Assembly (NCBI GenBank): GCA_964016885.1
Contig: OZ024743.1
Coordinates: 155,558,001 to 155,622,000 of the forward strand
Length of the DNA stretch: 64,000 nucleotides
From: Eledone cirrhosa
Taxonomy: Eukaryota
Direction of reading: 5' to 3'
Shown: one piece after another, positions 45,723-59,800 of the stretch
How positions within the stretch are numbered: position 1 is the stretch's first letter
How the letters are laid out: each line of letters opens with the position of its first letter
Position numbers and translations under genes: made by a program
Notes under the pieces: model-generated
What the model was told of the DNA's origin: nothing
The model's database searches: none
The model's input: only the letters and a program-made list of their open reading frames with translations

Positions 45723-45949
45723 ATCTCGCTCGCTGCGTGCCTTCAACTCCCTCTCACATTTCAAATGTGTCTGTATATATATCAATGTGCGTAGGGCTAT
45801 ATCATTGACTGTGTGTGTGTGTGCGTTCGTAAATATATACAAGTATACATAAAGTAAGGGTTTTATTTAAATGTATTATAGATATACATGAAATGTATAT
45901 TAGATATACATGAAATGTTTAGTAGATATACACGAAATTACAAGTTATT

Positions 45950-46900
45950 TCCTTGACAATATAACTTCGTGAAGTCACGCCGTGATTTCATTGTTTTCTC
46001 CATTGTTCGTAGTATTACTGGAACTCATTTTCATGAGTCTTTACCTCGTCGTTTATAATGATTTCCACAATTCCAAAATGATGTCCCTCCCACTTCGGTT
46101 TCAAATTAGGGAAGAGCTAGAACTCCCACGAAGCTAGATCTGGGCAGTAGCGAGGATGTGACAGAGCGAGTGTATTTTCAATTCTCCAAATGAAGGTACT
46201 ATGTGAGCAGAGGCGTCATCGTGATGCAGTACCCAATCTTCTTTAATGACCTTTCGAACATACGGGGCCCGATTTCGAAGTCGTTCACACACATCATTAT
46301 AGAAGGTTCGATTAATTATCTACACCGGAGCTAAAAATGCTTTGTGAACAATACCACGTCTGTCGAAATGACAATCATCTGGATTTTCTCTTGCGTGCTT
46401 TCCTCAGACGAAGAGAATTTTTCGTTTGCCACTTTTCATTTTGCCATTTTGTCTCTGGATCGTTTTTAAACACATATTGTTTACCCTCTGTTACTACTTC
46501 ATACTTTGGCTCAATTTCCAATATTTCTAGCAACTCCTGACAAATCTTTAAGCGTTTTAATTCATGCTCTACAGACTAGTGTTTCGGCACCAATTGTGCA
46601 TGTGGAAATGGCCTGTTTCTTATGAAATCCTCTTAACTCATAATCAGTTACGATTGGTTATCATCGTTAACAGCACATCCAATTTGTTTCATTTTTTCAC
46701 TAGATTGGCCGTTTAGAAGGTGCGTCTTCTTCAAACTTTTCTCGGCCATTTTGTAAAGCTTTGTGCCACTTAAAAATAAAATAGCTTGATAGAATGTCAG
46801 CTGCATAAGCTTGTGTTAATAAACTAGATATTTCGCAGGCAGATTTGTTGAGTTTCAGAAAATATTTGCTTGCGTACCGTTGCTGGATATTTTCCTGTAG
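45950..46900 (-). mobile_element. Decayed mariner transposase
   Basis: Minus-strand fragments WHKALQNGREKFEEDAPSKRP, PETKWQNEKW, HHDDASAH and HPRYCPDLASWEF*LFPNLK match mariner motifs (GRESxEDxxRSGRP, HHDNA, YSPDLAP). Confidence 0.8.
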
Positions 46901-47160
46901 TGCAATAGTAACAGAGGTTATAAAATGGTTTGCACAAACATCAACAATAATAACATGAATGATTCAATAGATCACGTTGAAATACATATGTACGTACAGC
47001 CAGGTTCATGACCAATAGGCGTATGTCCATCAACATGGTATTGCTTTACCATGCAGACGATGTTATGCGTCTGGTATGTTCCAATTGAAGGCGCAAGACA
47101 ACTTATCGCTAATAATTTTCAAGCAAACATTTTCATTCTAGCGATGCTGCTAAAGGGAAA

Positions 47161-47517
47161 ATCAAATCCCAAAATATTTTAACCTATGTCTTTGGATAAC
47201 AATGGGTATAACAATGTCAAACACGCTTTCTTTCTCACGGGAACAATGTTCGGCAGAAACACACAATTGCACATGCACACAACCAATCATCAATACACAC
47301 ACACGTGCAACATACATATATATATTTATAAATACAAACATACACACACACATACACACGCATATACATATATGTGTGTGTGTATTGATGGTTGGTTGTG
47401 TGCATGTGAAATTGTGTGTTTCTGCGGAACATTGTTCCCGTGAGAAAGAAAGCTTGTTTGACATTGTTATACCCATTTTTATCCAAAGACATAGGTTAAA
47501 ATATTTTCGGATTTGAT
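47161..47517. mobile_element. MITE-like palindrome
   Basis: About 140-bp inverted arms (47161-47302 and 47372-47517) around a CA/TA microsatellite spacer; no HHR seen. Confidence 0.7.
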
Positions 47518-47528
47518 TCACTAATTTA

Positions 47529-47597
<69 letters not shown>

Positions 47598-47599
<2 letters not shown>

Positions 47600-50205
47600 A
47601 GGAGGTTATAGTTCACTTGAAGCATTGTGTAATGAGGTATAAACGTTTGAATATGTGTAATAAGGCCAAAACAATGCAGTTATGGACATAGAAAAAGGAA
47701 TGCAATAGTGAAAGATATTGATGAGAATTCGTCTTTCACCTTGAATTTATTTAAATGTCCTTAATTTTCGAGATAATATCTCTTCTTCGGAGGGAAGTAA
47801 AGGTCTCAAACCAGCGTCTTTAAATCTCTAGCCAAGCCATGCTGACCGGAAATAGTATAGTGTACCTGTTCTAACTCTAATATCAAAGAATTAAAATTAG
47901 GTGGATAAAGAGTAGTCTCCCTTTAAGAAGGGTTTGTTTAGGGTTTTTTTTATTTTAATTTTTTTTATTTTATATACGTGCCTGTATATGTGTGTGGGAG
48001 AATGCATGAAGGTGTAGGTATGTGGGTGTGTGTGTGTGAGTGTGGAAAGATAGGTCTAATCGTAAAAGTGGGGGGTAGGTGTTATCTGATGTTAGAACTG
48101 GTTTTGTGTGTGTATGTGTGAGAGAGAATAAGTGGAGGTGTAAGCGTGTGTGTGTGCGCGTGCGTGTGTGTGGGGTGTGTAAAAATGGGGCTAGAGGCCC
48201 TATCAGGTTATAAATTGGGTGTTGAGCTCTAGTCTATTATTGATTGGTGGATGTGTTCTATCTATATTAAGTGCTTCCTTAATTCTAAGATTGCCGAGGT
48301 TTCTTTCCTTAGTTTCTATCCTAACTGTTATGTTTTTATCGGTGTTTTTGCATTTAACTAGGTGTTTCTTAAATGAGGAAGCGTTAGTATTGAGGTGTTC
48401 TTTTATTCTTATGTGGAGTGGTCTGGTGGTGCTACCTACGTAGAAGTTGTTTCATTTGTCATACTCTAGTCTGTATACTACGTAAGCCTGGTGGCATAGG
48501 TCTGTGTCGTTGATGGGGCAGTTGGCTAGTCTGCAGCAGTTGTCATGTCTGGTGGAGTGTCTCTTGGCCAGCCGTCCGCGCAGAGAAGGACCCGAGTGGG
48601 CCAGTTGAATATCCAGTCCCTCTCGTCTGATGGCTCTGCGGATGGCTGTTGTTGTTTCTTCACTGAAGTGTGGGAGCTTCAGGAAGCAAGTGTTAGTGCC
48701 TCGAGTGTGGTGTCCTCTGTTCTTTCTGGCACGGTTTGTGGTGGATGTCGTGTATCCGTTCAGTTTGAGTACTTCCAGGAAATGTGTGGTGTGTGTGTCT
48801 CGGTCTCTGGCGTCGGTGCATTTGTTCTTGATACGTGCCAGTTCGTTCTTTATGTATCCGAACTTGGCACCGAGTGGGAGGGCCGATCTGAAATGTACGA
48901 ACAGGTCCCTGCTGGCGGATTTTTTATAGAAGCAGGGACCTGTTCGTACATTTCAGATCGGCCCTCCCACTCGGTGCCAAGTTCGGATACATAAAGAACG
49001 AACTGGCACGTATCAAGAACAAATGCACCGACGCCAGAGACCGAGACACACACACCACACATTTCCTGGAAGTACTCAAACTGAACGGATACACGACATC
49101 CACCACAAACCGTGCCAGAAAGAACAGAGGACACCACACCCGAGGCACTAACACTTGCTTCCTGAAGCTCCCACACTTCAGTGAAGAAACAACAACAGCC
49201 ATCCGCAGAGCCATCAGACGAGAGGGACTGGATATCCAACTGGCCCACTCGGGTCCTTCTCTGCGCGGACGGCTGGCCAAGAGACACTCCACCAGACATG
49301 ACAACTGCTGCAGACTAGCCAACTGCCCCATCAACGACACAGACCTATGCCACCAGGCTTACGTAGTATACAGACTAGAGTATGACAAATGAAACAACTT
49401 CTACGTAGGTAGCACCACCAGACCACTCCACATAAGAATAAAAGAACACCTCAATACTAACGCTTCCTCATTTAAGAAACACCTAGTTAAATGCAAAACA
49501 CCGATAAAAACATAACAGTTAGGATAGAAACTAAGGAAAGAAACCTCGGCAATCTTAGAATTAAGGAAGCACTTATTATAGATAGAACACATCCACCAAT
49601 CAATAATAGACTAGAGCTCAAAACCCAATTTATAACCTGATAGGGCCTCTAGCCCCATTTTTACACACCCCACACACACGCACGCGCACACATACACGCT
49701 TACACCTCCACTTATTCTCTCTCACACATACACACACAAAACCAGTTCTAACACCAGAAAACACCTACCCCCCACGTTTTACGATTAGACCTATCTTTCC
49801 ACACTCACACACACACACCCACATACATACACCTTCATGCATTCTCCCACACACATATACAGGCACGTATATAAAATTAAAAAAAAAAACAAAAAAAAAC
49901 CCTAAACAAACCCCTCTTAAAGGGAGACTACTCTTTATCCACCTAATTTTAATTCTTTGATATTAGAGTTAGAACAGATACTCTATACTATTTCCGGTCA
50001 GCATGGCTTGGCTAGAGATTTAAAGACGCTGGTTTGAGACCTTTACTTCCCTCCGAAGAAGAGATATTATCTCGAAAATTAAGGACATTTAAATAAATTC
50101 AAGGTGAAAGACGAATTCTCATCAATATCTTTCACTATTGCATTCCTATTTCTATGTCCATAACTGCATTGTTTTGGCCTTATTACACATATTCAAACGT
50201 TTATA
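47598..50205. mobile_element. Palindromic 5'-truncated PLE, family E (possibly Nematis-like)
   Basis: Arms 47637-48913 (-) and 48931-50203 (+) with a 17-nt spacer. Sense frame reads SRDLFVHFRSALP...LNGY...FLKLPHFSE...CRLANCPINDTDLC..VVYRL..FYVGSTTRPLHIRIKEH...IKEAL.I....PPIN. Confidence 0.92.
50049..50104 (+). ncRNA. Variant hammerhead motif (core CCGAAGA) in family E pLTR
   Basis: CCCT-CCGAAGA-A-GAGAT ATT ATCTC-GAAAATT...AATTC-AAGG; identical at 47739-47794 (-). Confidence 0.5.
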
Positions 50206-50999
50206 TATGTATATATATAAATATAAATTAGTGAGAATCGGATTTCGGCTATTGGAAATTAACGAAAAACAATTTCCGAGACTGACCGTTATCAAAACCC
50301 ACTTGGGGCTTGACAAGGAGGGCAACCCTTAGTCTTGGCGGATGAATTCAGTATGTGTGTTATTGCAAAATTACAAAATATCACAAAACGAATTGAGCTC
50401 TCAATAGAATAGTTTTAAAATTAACAAGAGCTATTAAGCAGTCAACAGAATTGACTAAAAAAAATCAAGAAAATTAATTGATCAATAGCTAGACTCTGGA
50501 GAATAATACAAATATAAATTACCGAGAATCGTATTTCGGCTATTGGAAATTAGCGAAACACAACTTCCGAGATGTGTGGCAAGCGCTCCATAGACGCTAG
50601 TGAACTAGAGCATCAACATAACTTAAAAGGCCAAACACTCTGAGACAATGGTTAAACCATTAACCGCACAGCCATAGAAACGACCAAGTAATTCGGGTCA
50701 AACAAATAAAATATGATTGAAAATTCTACCCGGACCCCTGGAAAATTGGTAATATCCAGCATTTGGGTTTCTGCAACTCCTAAATCAAGTACTGACTGCT
50801 TAGACAAATAATGTTAAGCTTTTGGTATGATTATCGAAAAAGGAAGTCACTTTCTCAACAGACTTTTAGTTCAGTGCCAAGCCAAGGACTGACCGTTATC
50901 AAAACCCACGTGGGGATTGACAAGCGGGGCAACCATAGTTTGGCGGATGAATTCAGTATGTGTGTTATTGCAAAATTGTATATATATAAATGAAAATAA

Positions 51000-53900
51000 A
51001 ATTAATGTATGCAAAATGCCAACAATAATTCAGGTATATAAGTGACTATCCCATCAAGACGAAAAAATATTTAATGTAAGATGAATGAAACGTAATATAA
51101 TCTTAATTCAAAACAAATCAAGAATAAGAACTTTGTCATCAAACCTTGTGTAAGTTGAGGAAAAAGCAATACAATCTTAATTCAACATAAAATAAAGAAG
51201 TAATACTTAACAGTCACTTTGAGGAAAAAGAAAATGCACTATATAGTCTTAAAATACCATTTCACGAAACTTTTCAGTGGGGTTAGTCACGGTTGGAGTC
51301 GATCATCAGTAGTGCTCACAACATTAACTAAATCAACACTGCTAAAATACGACTGCTAAAATAATAATAATGAAATCATGTATTGGCCACAAGGGCCGAC
51401 ATATAGTGGACAATACAAAAGACTGGGACGGTGGGGTTTTACAGAAAAATCGAGTAAGCAAAATGAATAACAATAACAATGTAACAAGAAAAATACAACA
51501 AGAACAATTCCCCAATAGGGGGGGATGACCACCCAGGGTTGGCCAGGTACCCCACCATTCCTGAACGACCCGACGCTTCGAGAGCACCCTCAAATTTGCC
51601 AACCTACAGGCGCATGACCAGAGTAGGCCCACTCACACGGGCCATTCTCGCAACATTCACCCACCTTTCAGCAAATGTACTGAGGGGCAGCACTTCTCTC
51701 TCCACCCTCACCTTCCTTTCCAAGCGAAACTTGAAAAAGTTGGTGTGCGATTGGCCTAAGAGAAAAAGTGTCTGTCTTCAGTCCTTTCAACCATACATCC
51801 TCTTTCGCTACTGCCAAAAGTCAGTAATGCACGGATACTGGACGAGTGCGTGCAGAACGGTTTCGTCGCTCTGCGCGCATCTCTGGCAGGTCCGTCTGAC
51901 AGCACTTCCGTGCCTGTAGAGTTTATCCCGAATGGCTGTGCCCCCCTGTAGCACTGCCAAGCGAGGGATTTGTGGAAATCATCCTTCGTCCCCGGCTCCA
52001 AAGTCCTCCGGAACAGACTGGTTAGTACGACTTTGTCGACGCCCAGAGCCTCTCCGAGTGCGTCATCGCACTTGCCAACCACTAATCCTCTATAGAACTC
52101 TAGAGTGGAAGTTCCACTGACCGCATTGCCCGCCTGGTACAGGGCAGTAAGTGCCTAGAACAATTCCAGATGCCACCCACCCAGTCTCGTTCTCTTCTTG
52201 ACAAAGGACTTCAGCTCAGTCAAAGAGACGATCTGCGGAAAGGTCCGTCTGACAAACAGCGACCACACCTATTCACCGTTTAGGCAGAATATCTGGAGAT
52301 GCCGAAGCCTCAGCGCGTGTCTGCGCATCATTATCCAGAGCATGCCCAGCCCTCTACGTAGAGGGTGCTGGAAGCATATGGACCGCCTCACTAACGGGAC
52401 CTGACCCCTCCACAATAGTTTGGAGAGGAGCTGCTCCAAGATGGCGAGGCGCGAAAGGGGGCAAGGGACGACGGTCAGACGGTAGTAGATGACGGACACG
52501 ATGTATGCGTTTGCCACCTCCGGCCGACCTTTCAGTGATAGCTTTCTCGCAGCCCATTTCTGGTCAGACTGCCGACCCTGCCTGTCAACTCGTCCCAATT
52601 CGAGAGTCAATACGTACAGGAGAGAGGAAGAGGGCACCCTTGACGGACCGATCGGGAGACCTGAAACGGTTCCGAGATGTGGCCATTAATTTTGCCCACC
52701 GAGCAGGTGCTGCTGTGCATTGTAGCGATCCAGCTTCTGAAGACGGGGCCGAAGCCAGCCGCCTTGTGGACAGCCTTCAGATACCGATGGTCGACCCTAT
52801 CGAATGCTTTCGGTTGATCTAAATTGATCAGAGCCCCACCGGTTCCAGGTTTACACCCTACCCTCTCTATGATGGAGGTTGTCGTGTATGGACCTGGTTG
52901 GGATCGTGCAAATGTGTGCCCCCACAACCAAATCCCCGATGACAAGCGCCAACCTCTTCGCTAACACCTTGGCCAAAATCTTAAAATCTTAAACTTTCTG
53001 TTGAGCAGAGTTATGGGCCTGAAATGTCTAATGTGTCCCTCTTGTTCTCCTCTTTCCTTATCAGGGTCACAACGCCCCGGCTCACAGAACTGGGAATACT
53101 CCCGTTCTGCTGCCAGTTGTTGCAGTAGAGTGTTTCGATGAGATTGGAGAAGAAGTCTGGCATATTTCCGTAAAGCTCGTAGGGCAGACCATCCAAACCG
53201 GGTGACTTGCGATTATGAGGTGACAAGAGCATCCTGAATCTCGGCTGAAGGAATCTCCCTTTCGCAGCGCCCAGCGTCAGCCGTCGAGAGTTGTGGCAAG
53301 CCATCGAGGAAGGGACTGAAGTGCGCTACCGTCTCTGAACCGCTACTTACCCCGAACAACCGAGCAACACAACCGTTTGGTATCGCTCAGCTCGTGTCCA
53401 TCTTGCTCCGTCAAAGACAGAATCGTGATTTCATTACCACCCTGAGCATCTGCCACGCGGGCCCGTCGAACAGCTTTGGTTCCCTCGTTTCTCAGAGCGC
53501 GCCTTAGCTATGACAATGCAACCTTCGTGTTTCGCATTGAAGAAATGGTCTAGCACGTTAGTTACAATGCCACTACAAAAGCCTCGTCTAACTTATCAAC
53601 CAAATCCCCCTCCTTTCTATTTTTCTCTAATGCTACTACTTTGCTAAACTCTATCGACATTACCTTAATCTCTCTTTTGGGAGCCCCCCACCATCTATTT
53701 TTGACTCCTCCTCCTGAACACTTGTTCTTAACTAAATTGTTGACCTGGACTCTGTAAGCCTTACGTGCCGGAAATGACATGTTCCGCTTCCAGTAACCAG
53801 GTCCTAACCTACGGGTCTTCTCTAGGTCGACCATACAGATCACAAACTTGTGATCTGAATAGGCGACGGTTTTAAAACGTGGACAGCTTACACAATTGCT

Positions 53901-56291
53901 GTCTATTTTCCTAATGAATATCCTGTCTATATACAATCTAGTTGACCCTATGCGGTTAGTCCAGGTCCACACTGGCGCATTAAGGAAATCTATTCGTTAG
54001 CCGTCCGACAGTTGGAACTGGCTGATCAGGTTCTTGAGTCTTTTGCACCCCACACTCCTATAGGATACACGCACACAGTCACAGCGTGCGTCTAAGATGC
54101 CGTTCCAGTCCTCCGCTAACAGTAAAGGGCGAGACGTACACAGAAAGGCTTCCAGGCGTCTGAAGAAGTCCGGCTGTCCTGCTCAGTAAGGGCCTAGACG
54201 GCCACCAGTCTAAAGGCACCACCATCGTTATTGTTCACGTCCAGGACCACCAACTTCCCATCCGGGTCCCGGAAGATCGACATTACCTCGAGATCCAGGC
54301 CTTTCCTAAAAGCATTGCCAACCACCTCCCATTCCCAGCCGACTAACAGATGCAAACATCTGATAGTCGTCGAAAATGGGGGCTAGTGCGCTCGTGTCGG
54401 AAATCCTGGTCTCGCTGACGGCAATTACATCCATTTCTAGAGACCTGAGGTCGTTGAACAGGTGACCCTGCTTCCAGGACGGTCCCAGTCCTTGCATATT
54501 TAAACATCCTACTCTTAATACGGCCATGTTGGCAGGCTAAAGGAGAGAGGGGAAAGGTCTACTTCCCTTCCGGGTTCTTGTTAAGGTCGGGTGGTTCGAC
54601 CTCCATAGCTGGTGGGGTTTATTTTAGGAACCCCTTTAAAAGTCTTCTAGTGTGTTTTACGTTCGGGGTTCCCACGTACAGAGAAAATCTGTTTCGTATC
54701 TATTTGTATAAATCGCACGACATTCGCACCAGAAACAAATCTTCCGGCACGCGAAATGCGCTAGATTTAAACATTTCCCCCTCTTTTTGTATAACTTCAC
54801 TTCGTGCTACGAGGGCCATCAGTTCCTTGTCGGCCCTCCTGACCAGCACGAAGTTTTGTATGTTTTGTTGGGGGATTGGAAATATGACGAATTTCCTCGT
54901 CTCCCCCCTGGGTAGTCGATGTTGATGGTGGTCTTTCTATTGGTGTTGTTGCTGGTGGTTTTGCCGATGCTGGTGTTGGTTGTGGTAATCGCCCAGTCAT
55001 CGACAGCAGTGAAGCCCTTCGATCCTTTCATCTATCAGCAGTTGAGGGCAGAAGGTCGTAAATGGGTTTTTCCCCACAAACAAAACAATGCGGCCTTTTC
55101 CACTCGGTCATAATATGAAGGATCATCCCATTCTGAAGGCGGATGCGGTCCGGGATTATCTTCACATTCTCTGGACTGATCTGTCAGTTCTTGTCACTTC
55201 TATTGGGACGGTATCCGTCCCATCCAGAATCAGACATCCCAGAAGCCACCACATGTGAAGTCCTGGTAGGATTCTGCGAATGCGGAGATGGGGCGTTCTT
55301 TTTCCCATGTGTGAGGTGTACATTATGACCTTGCTGCTTTTTTCAAGGTTTCATAGCGTGTTCCATAGCGAGGGCTTCTGACTTAAACAGCACCGAAATG
55401 GTGCCGTATTGTCTGCCCCTCGTTTTGTATTCGGTGTCATCCCTGATGCACCTCGTCGCGACTTCGACATCTTTTTCTGGAATTAAAGCTGCCCTTTTGG
55501 TTTGTGCTGAGGTGCATCTATAATGCACCGTTCTGCTCTCCACTGCCTCAATAGCTCTTACCGGGACAGTTAAGTTGACCCAGGTTTGCTCTTGGTTGAT
55601 GAGCTTCCAGGCGTGGGTCAACTTTTCAACTTTGTTTGAAGGTCAATGTTGAAACATGGCCTCTTTTGGGCTGCAGCCGCAGCGAAAGTGTCCTTGTTGT
55701 TGTTGGTGGTGTTGTTGTTGCTGATGTCGTTCTTGTTGGTGTTGTTGTTATCACTGCCGCTGTTATCATTGTTGTCTTTTGTGCCGCCGTTGTTCTCGGG
55801 GCAGTTGGTATTGTTGCTGTTGGTGTTGTCGCTATTTGTTAGTGGTGTTGATATTGTTGTTGCATTTGATGTCATTATTTTCTCTTATCTGTATTTTGGT
55901 TGTCACGGTTACTGTCATATTTTTGAAAATTAGAATTCTCAGTGGTGTTACCATTGCTGTCTTTGTTCACGTTGTTTGTGGTGGTGTTTGTTGTATCAAT
56001 TTCTCTTAATTTCGACGTAGCGCTCCTCTGAACTTTTACTTCGTTATCAAACGACATCAAGCATATCGCTGGGCAGCGTGGCTCAGCCATTTTTTTTTCT
56101 CGATAATTTATTGAAATGTAAAAAAGTTCAAATATCTGGGCCAAAAGACACAAATATTACACTTTCCCCTTCACAGGGCAAAATCCAAGGGCTTGTAAGC
56201 CTTATACAACAACACAAAATTCAATAAATAAGTTTTGACAGGTAAATAAATAAACTTTCGAGAGCGAGAAAAAAGACGTCCGTTCAGACTC
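51000..56291 (-). mobile_element. Near full-length decayed L1/Tx1-clade LINE
   Basis: ORF1 remnants at about 56090-54540 (Asn/Thr-rich N-terminus, TFAAAAAQKRP, CLFCGK). ORF2 from ATG 54527: APE motifs CLN..GL, AVSET, WT, IDRIF, SDH; RT motifs KSPGLDGLPYELY, LDQPKAFDRVDH, VRQGCPL, LSLKGR. 3' boundary approximate. Confidence 0.9.
51550..54527 (-). pseudogene. LINE ORF2 (APE endonuclease + RT), disrupted
   Basis: ORFs 54306-54527, 53562-53972, 53011-53304, 52607-52945, 52269-52637 and 51756-52082. Confidence 0.88.
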
Positions 56292-59200
56292 AATAATAAT
56301 AATAAGAAGAAGATAATAAAAGACATGGCTATTATTAATAAGTATGTCTTTTATGCATTACAAATATAACCTCTCCATTAGGGGTCCAACAAGTCTTGGC
56401 CGATTTCTTGCAGTCATGCAACACACGGGCATACGACCATCAATTACTCTTCCTGCAGAGCGCATACTGATTGAATAACTGGATCTCCGCCTCCTGAGGA
56501 TATGGGCTTTACATACATTAAATCCGCTACCGTAAGCTTGCTGAGCTCCTGGAGGTTGTCATGTTGTTGCTGAATCATACGAAAGTTGCTACATCCTCTA
56601 CCAAATATTTTGCTACATCCCCCACTCTCCATTTCTCTCATCCTCTCTATCTATATATCCATCCATCTCTATCTCTATCTCTCGTTCTCCCTGTTTCTAT
56701 ATCTCCTTCTGTCACACATACATTCCGCTCCCTTTACATGTCGCTTTCTCTTTCTCTCTACCCGACTCTCTCTTACTGCTTTACCATTCGTAACCTATCA
56801 CTTATTACAACGTTCTAGACTGTTGCATCGTCAACATTCACTAAATCGACAAACTGTCCAATCGTGCTTGATGAGGAGAGAAATAGTTACACAAAGTACA
56901 GTAAGAAAATAAACAGCTGGCAAAGAATTAAAGGTATATAAACTTCCGCAAATATACCTATTTATCTATATAAATGCAAGAGGAGAATTTCGTATTTGAA
57001 TTACATCCATTTCAATCTTTCCTATTTTGATTTGCTTGTTGCGAGCTTTATGTCTATATGTCTACCGGCATTTAGAATCTAAATTCCATTCTCTGACAAT
57101 CACTTATCACTAAATATTATTTTGTTTGGATATATTTTAGGTCTGTATTTTTATTTTGTTCATCGCTTAACCCATCAAATGTGTATAATGTTACGGATAT
57201 TTTGTAGCTAAAACACCCGCTGAATATTTCGTTGCATTATCTGTAGCATCACATGCTTATGCGAAATTGAAATATCACTACTTCATATGTTAGCCAGTTT
57301 GACGTCTCAGTAAAGGCTGGATCCCACGGAATTACGTAAAGGACACACTTTACATTGATATATCCCCTGCAATTCAACGAGTATGCAATTCTATTCCTTG
57401 AACAACTGAATAGTAATCATCAAACCGATGAGGGATTCATCTATTTTTAATTATTTAAATAGGAAACGGTATCCTAGCAAAACGAAACCGGGGACTTAAG
57501 AAAAACAATCACTCCTTTGATCGATGCAGGTCATTATGACATGTTTAATGAAATATAATTTGACATCTTTGCGTTTTGGCAGCTGGCCGATTATCTCTCG
57601 TTGTTGTTTCATACGATAATTTATATTCAAGCAATGGCACGATATTGCTAAAGGTAATATGAAATAACACCTCTTTGGTGATGCAAATTCATAGCCTTCA
57701 ATCTACAATTGGCATTTTATTAATTTAATTTAAACTTTATCCTAAAATTCTGAATTTATATTTTCTTTTCTTCCAATGAAATGTTCACATATGCGAGAAA
57801 ACGGAATACAATTCTGACGTATTTGTAATTTGATTAATTTAAAATATTCCAAGGGGCTTTTTTCCTTCCAACATGCCACTGTATATTCATTATGATTAGA
57901 TAATTAAAGAAGTGATTTAAGTTTCATAATTGTTCATTCCTCAAATAAAATCGAACCACATTCCTTAATAGAATGCTAACAAAAATATTAACAAAAATAA
58001 ATAATTAAATAAGATTCTCGTGAGGGCACACTTATTCATTAAATGAAAAGGGAATTAATTCGACAGAACGGTAAACAGCCGTGATAGAGATTACTTTAAA
58101 TGTCTTTACTCTTAAGGAAAACAATAATTAGAACATATTTGTTTCTAAGCCGGCACAAGATTATCTAAACAATAATAAAGTAAGGAGTGCGGGACTGCAT
58201 CCAGAAAAAAAATGTTATCCAGTTTGTAAAATAAGTTCGATTACTTTCAAAAAATAATTGTTTCTACTTTAGGCACAAGGCTAGCAATCATCCAGTACAT
58301 TACTGGTACTTTATTTTATCGACCCCGTGATAATGAATGAATATTACATAATTTATGTACTAAACTTCGTATTTATATATAATTTAAAATTAACTTCTTT
58401 TCAAAGTTTCAAATTTCTACACTTCCGGTATATCGTCGCCACCACCAGCACTTCAACTACTATATATATAGAAAGAGAGAGTCTGGGGTGAGATAGATAG
58501 AGAGAGATAAAGTGATTATGATTTTCTACACGCTGACGCGTATGTGTGTGTAAGTGCGCATACATACATCTATATGTCTGAGTATATAACTATTATGTGT
58601 ATATAACTATAATCGCGCAAACACAATCTTATAAAAATACACGCTGACGGACATACATTCAGATAAATACACATACTTTCACACTTACATTTACACAAAC
58701 ACACATTCACACATACATTTATACAAACACACACATGCACTGATGATAGCGTTCGGTGAATTGGAAACTCGAGGGTAAAACACGTATTATGTTTTATTTA
58801 TTCATTAACTCTTTTTTTAAAAACTCTTTTGTATAAACATTTAAAATAATGCTTACAGAACGAAAACACAAACAAATAAAATATATACTAAGGAAAGGAA
58901 AACGAAAAAAAAGAAAGAGAAAATAATACACAAGCACGTAATGCGCACATCAAAGACCACATAGGCTGCATAATGTAGTTACCTAACAAAACACGGTATT
59001 TTAGGATTTTGTTCCGTTTAACTACGGATGCTGTAGCACTCGCCCTTACCACTGCATCCAGGATGTGGGAAGAAGCAAAAGTGTCACTAACTGAGACGTC
59101 CCATTCACATAAATACATATACTTTCACACAAACACATACATACATAACATTCACACAAACACACATATACATTTACATAATCAGACATACAGTAATGAT

Positions 59201-59439
59201 AGCGTTCGGTGAACTGTAAAAGGGAGGGTAAAGTACAACTTCTTATTTATTTATTAACAACACAGTTTAACTATTTTTTTAAAAACTCATTTGTATAAAA
59301 GAAATACACAAGCACGTAATACCCACATCTTAGCCAACACAGAACAATATGCAGGAGAAATAATGGGAAAACGAGACGCTACCAGAGCAAAAGATAGCAG
59401 TATAGCGGGAAGCCCAGGGAAACATCTCTAATAGTTTTT

Positions 59440-59800
59440 GAGGCATGCCAGCACACTCGCAGCGACTCTGAGGTGCTGGAACAACCAAGTGCCTCCACGA
59501 GCATCACCAGTTACCTCTGTTTGGTGAGCCGCTAGTGACGATAAGAACCTCTCTGTGAGTAGGCCGACTCCCCCAAACGTCACAGGCCGGATATTGTAGT
59601 TAGCTGACAGAACACAGTATTTGAGGATCTTTTTCCGTTCAGCTGCGGATGCTGTAGCTCTCGCCCTTAGAGCTGCATCCAGGATGTGGGAAGAAGCAAA
59701 AGAATCATTAACTGAGACGTCCCAGCCAAGGCACCTGCCTCTTGACTAGGAACAGAGAATAAGACCTTCAAGTCTTTTCCCATTAATTCGGGACAACCCA
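59440..59800 (-). mobile_element. CRE-like non-LTR element fragment (restriction-like endonuclease)
   Basis: GKRLEGL..S*SRGRCLGWDVSVNDSFASSH...ASAAERKKILKY..L...TGDAR..WLFQHL resembles the GKRPDG..WD..AE..K..KY motif; partial duplicate at about 58960-59105. Confidence 0.7.

Noticed and set aside
48545-49340. Repeated 149-aa and 138-aa ORFs
   Set aside because: Antisense frames of the family E PLE arms; the real frame is on the opposite strand.
56400-56641. Possible host exon
   Set aside because: Short, no recognisable domain and no supportable splice structure.
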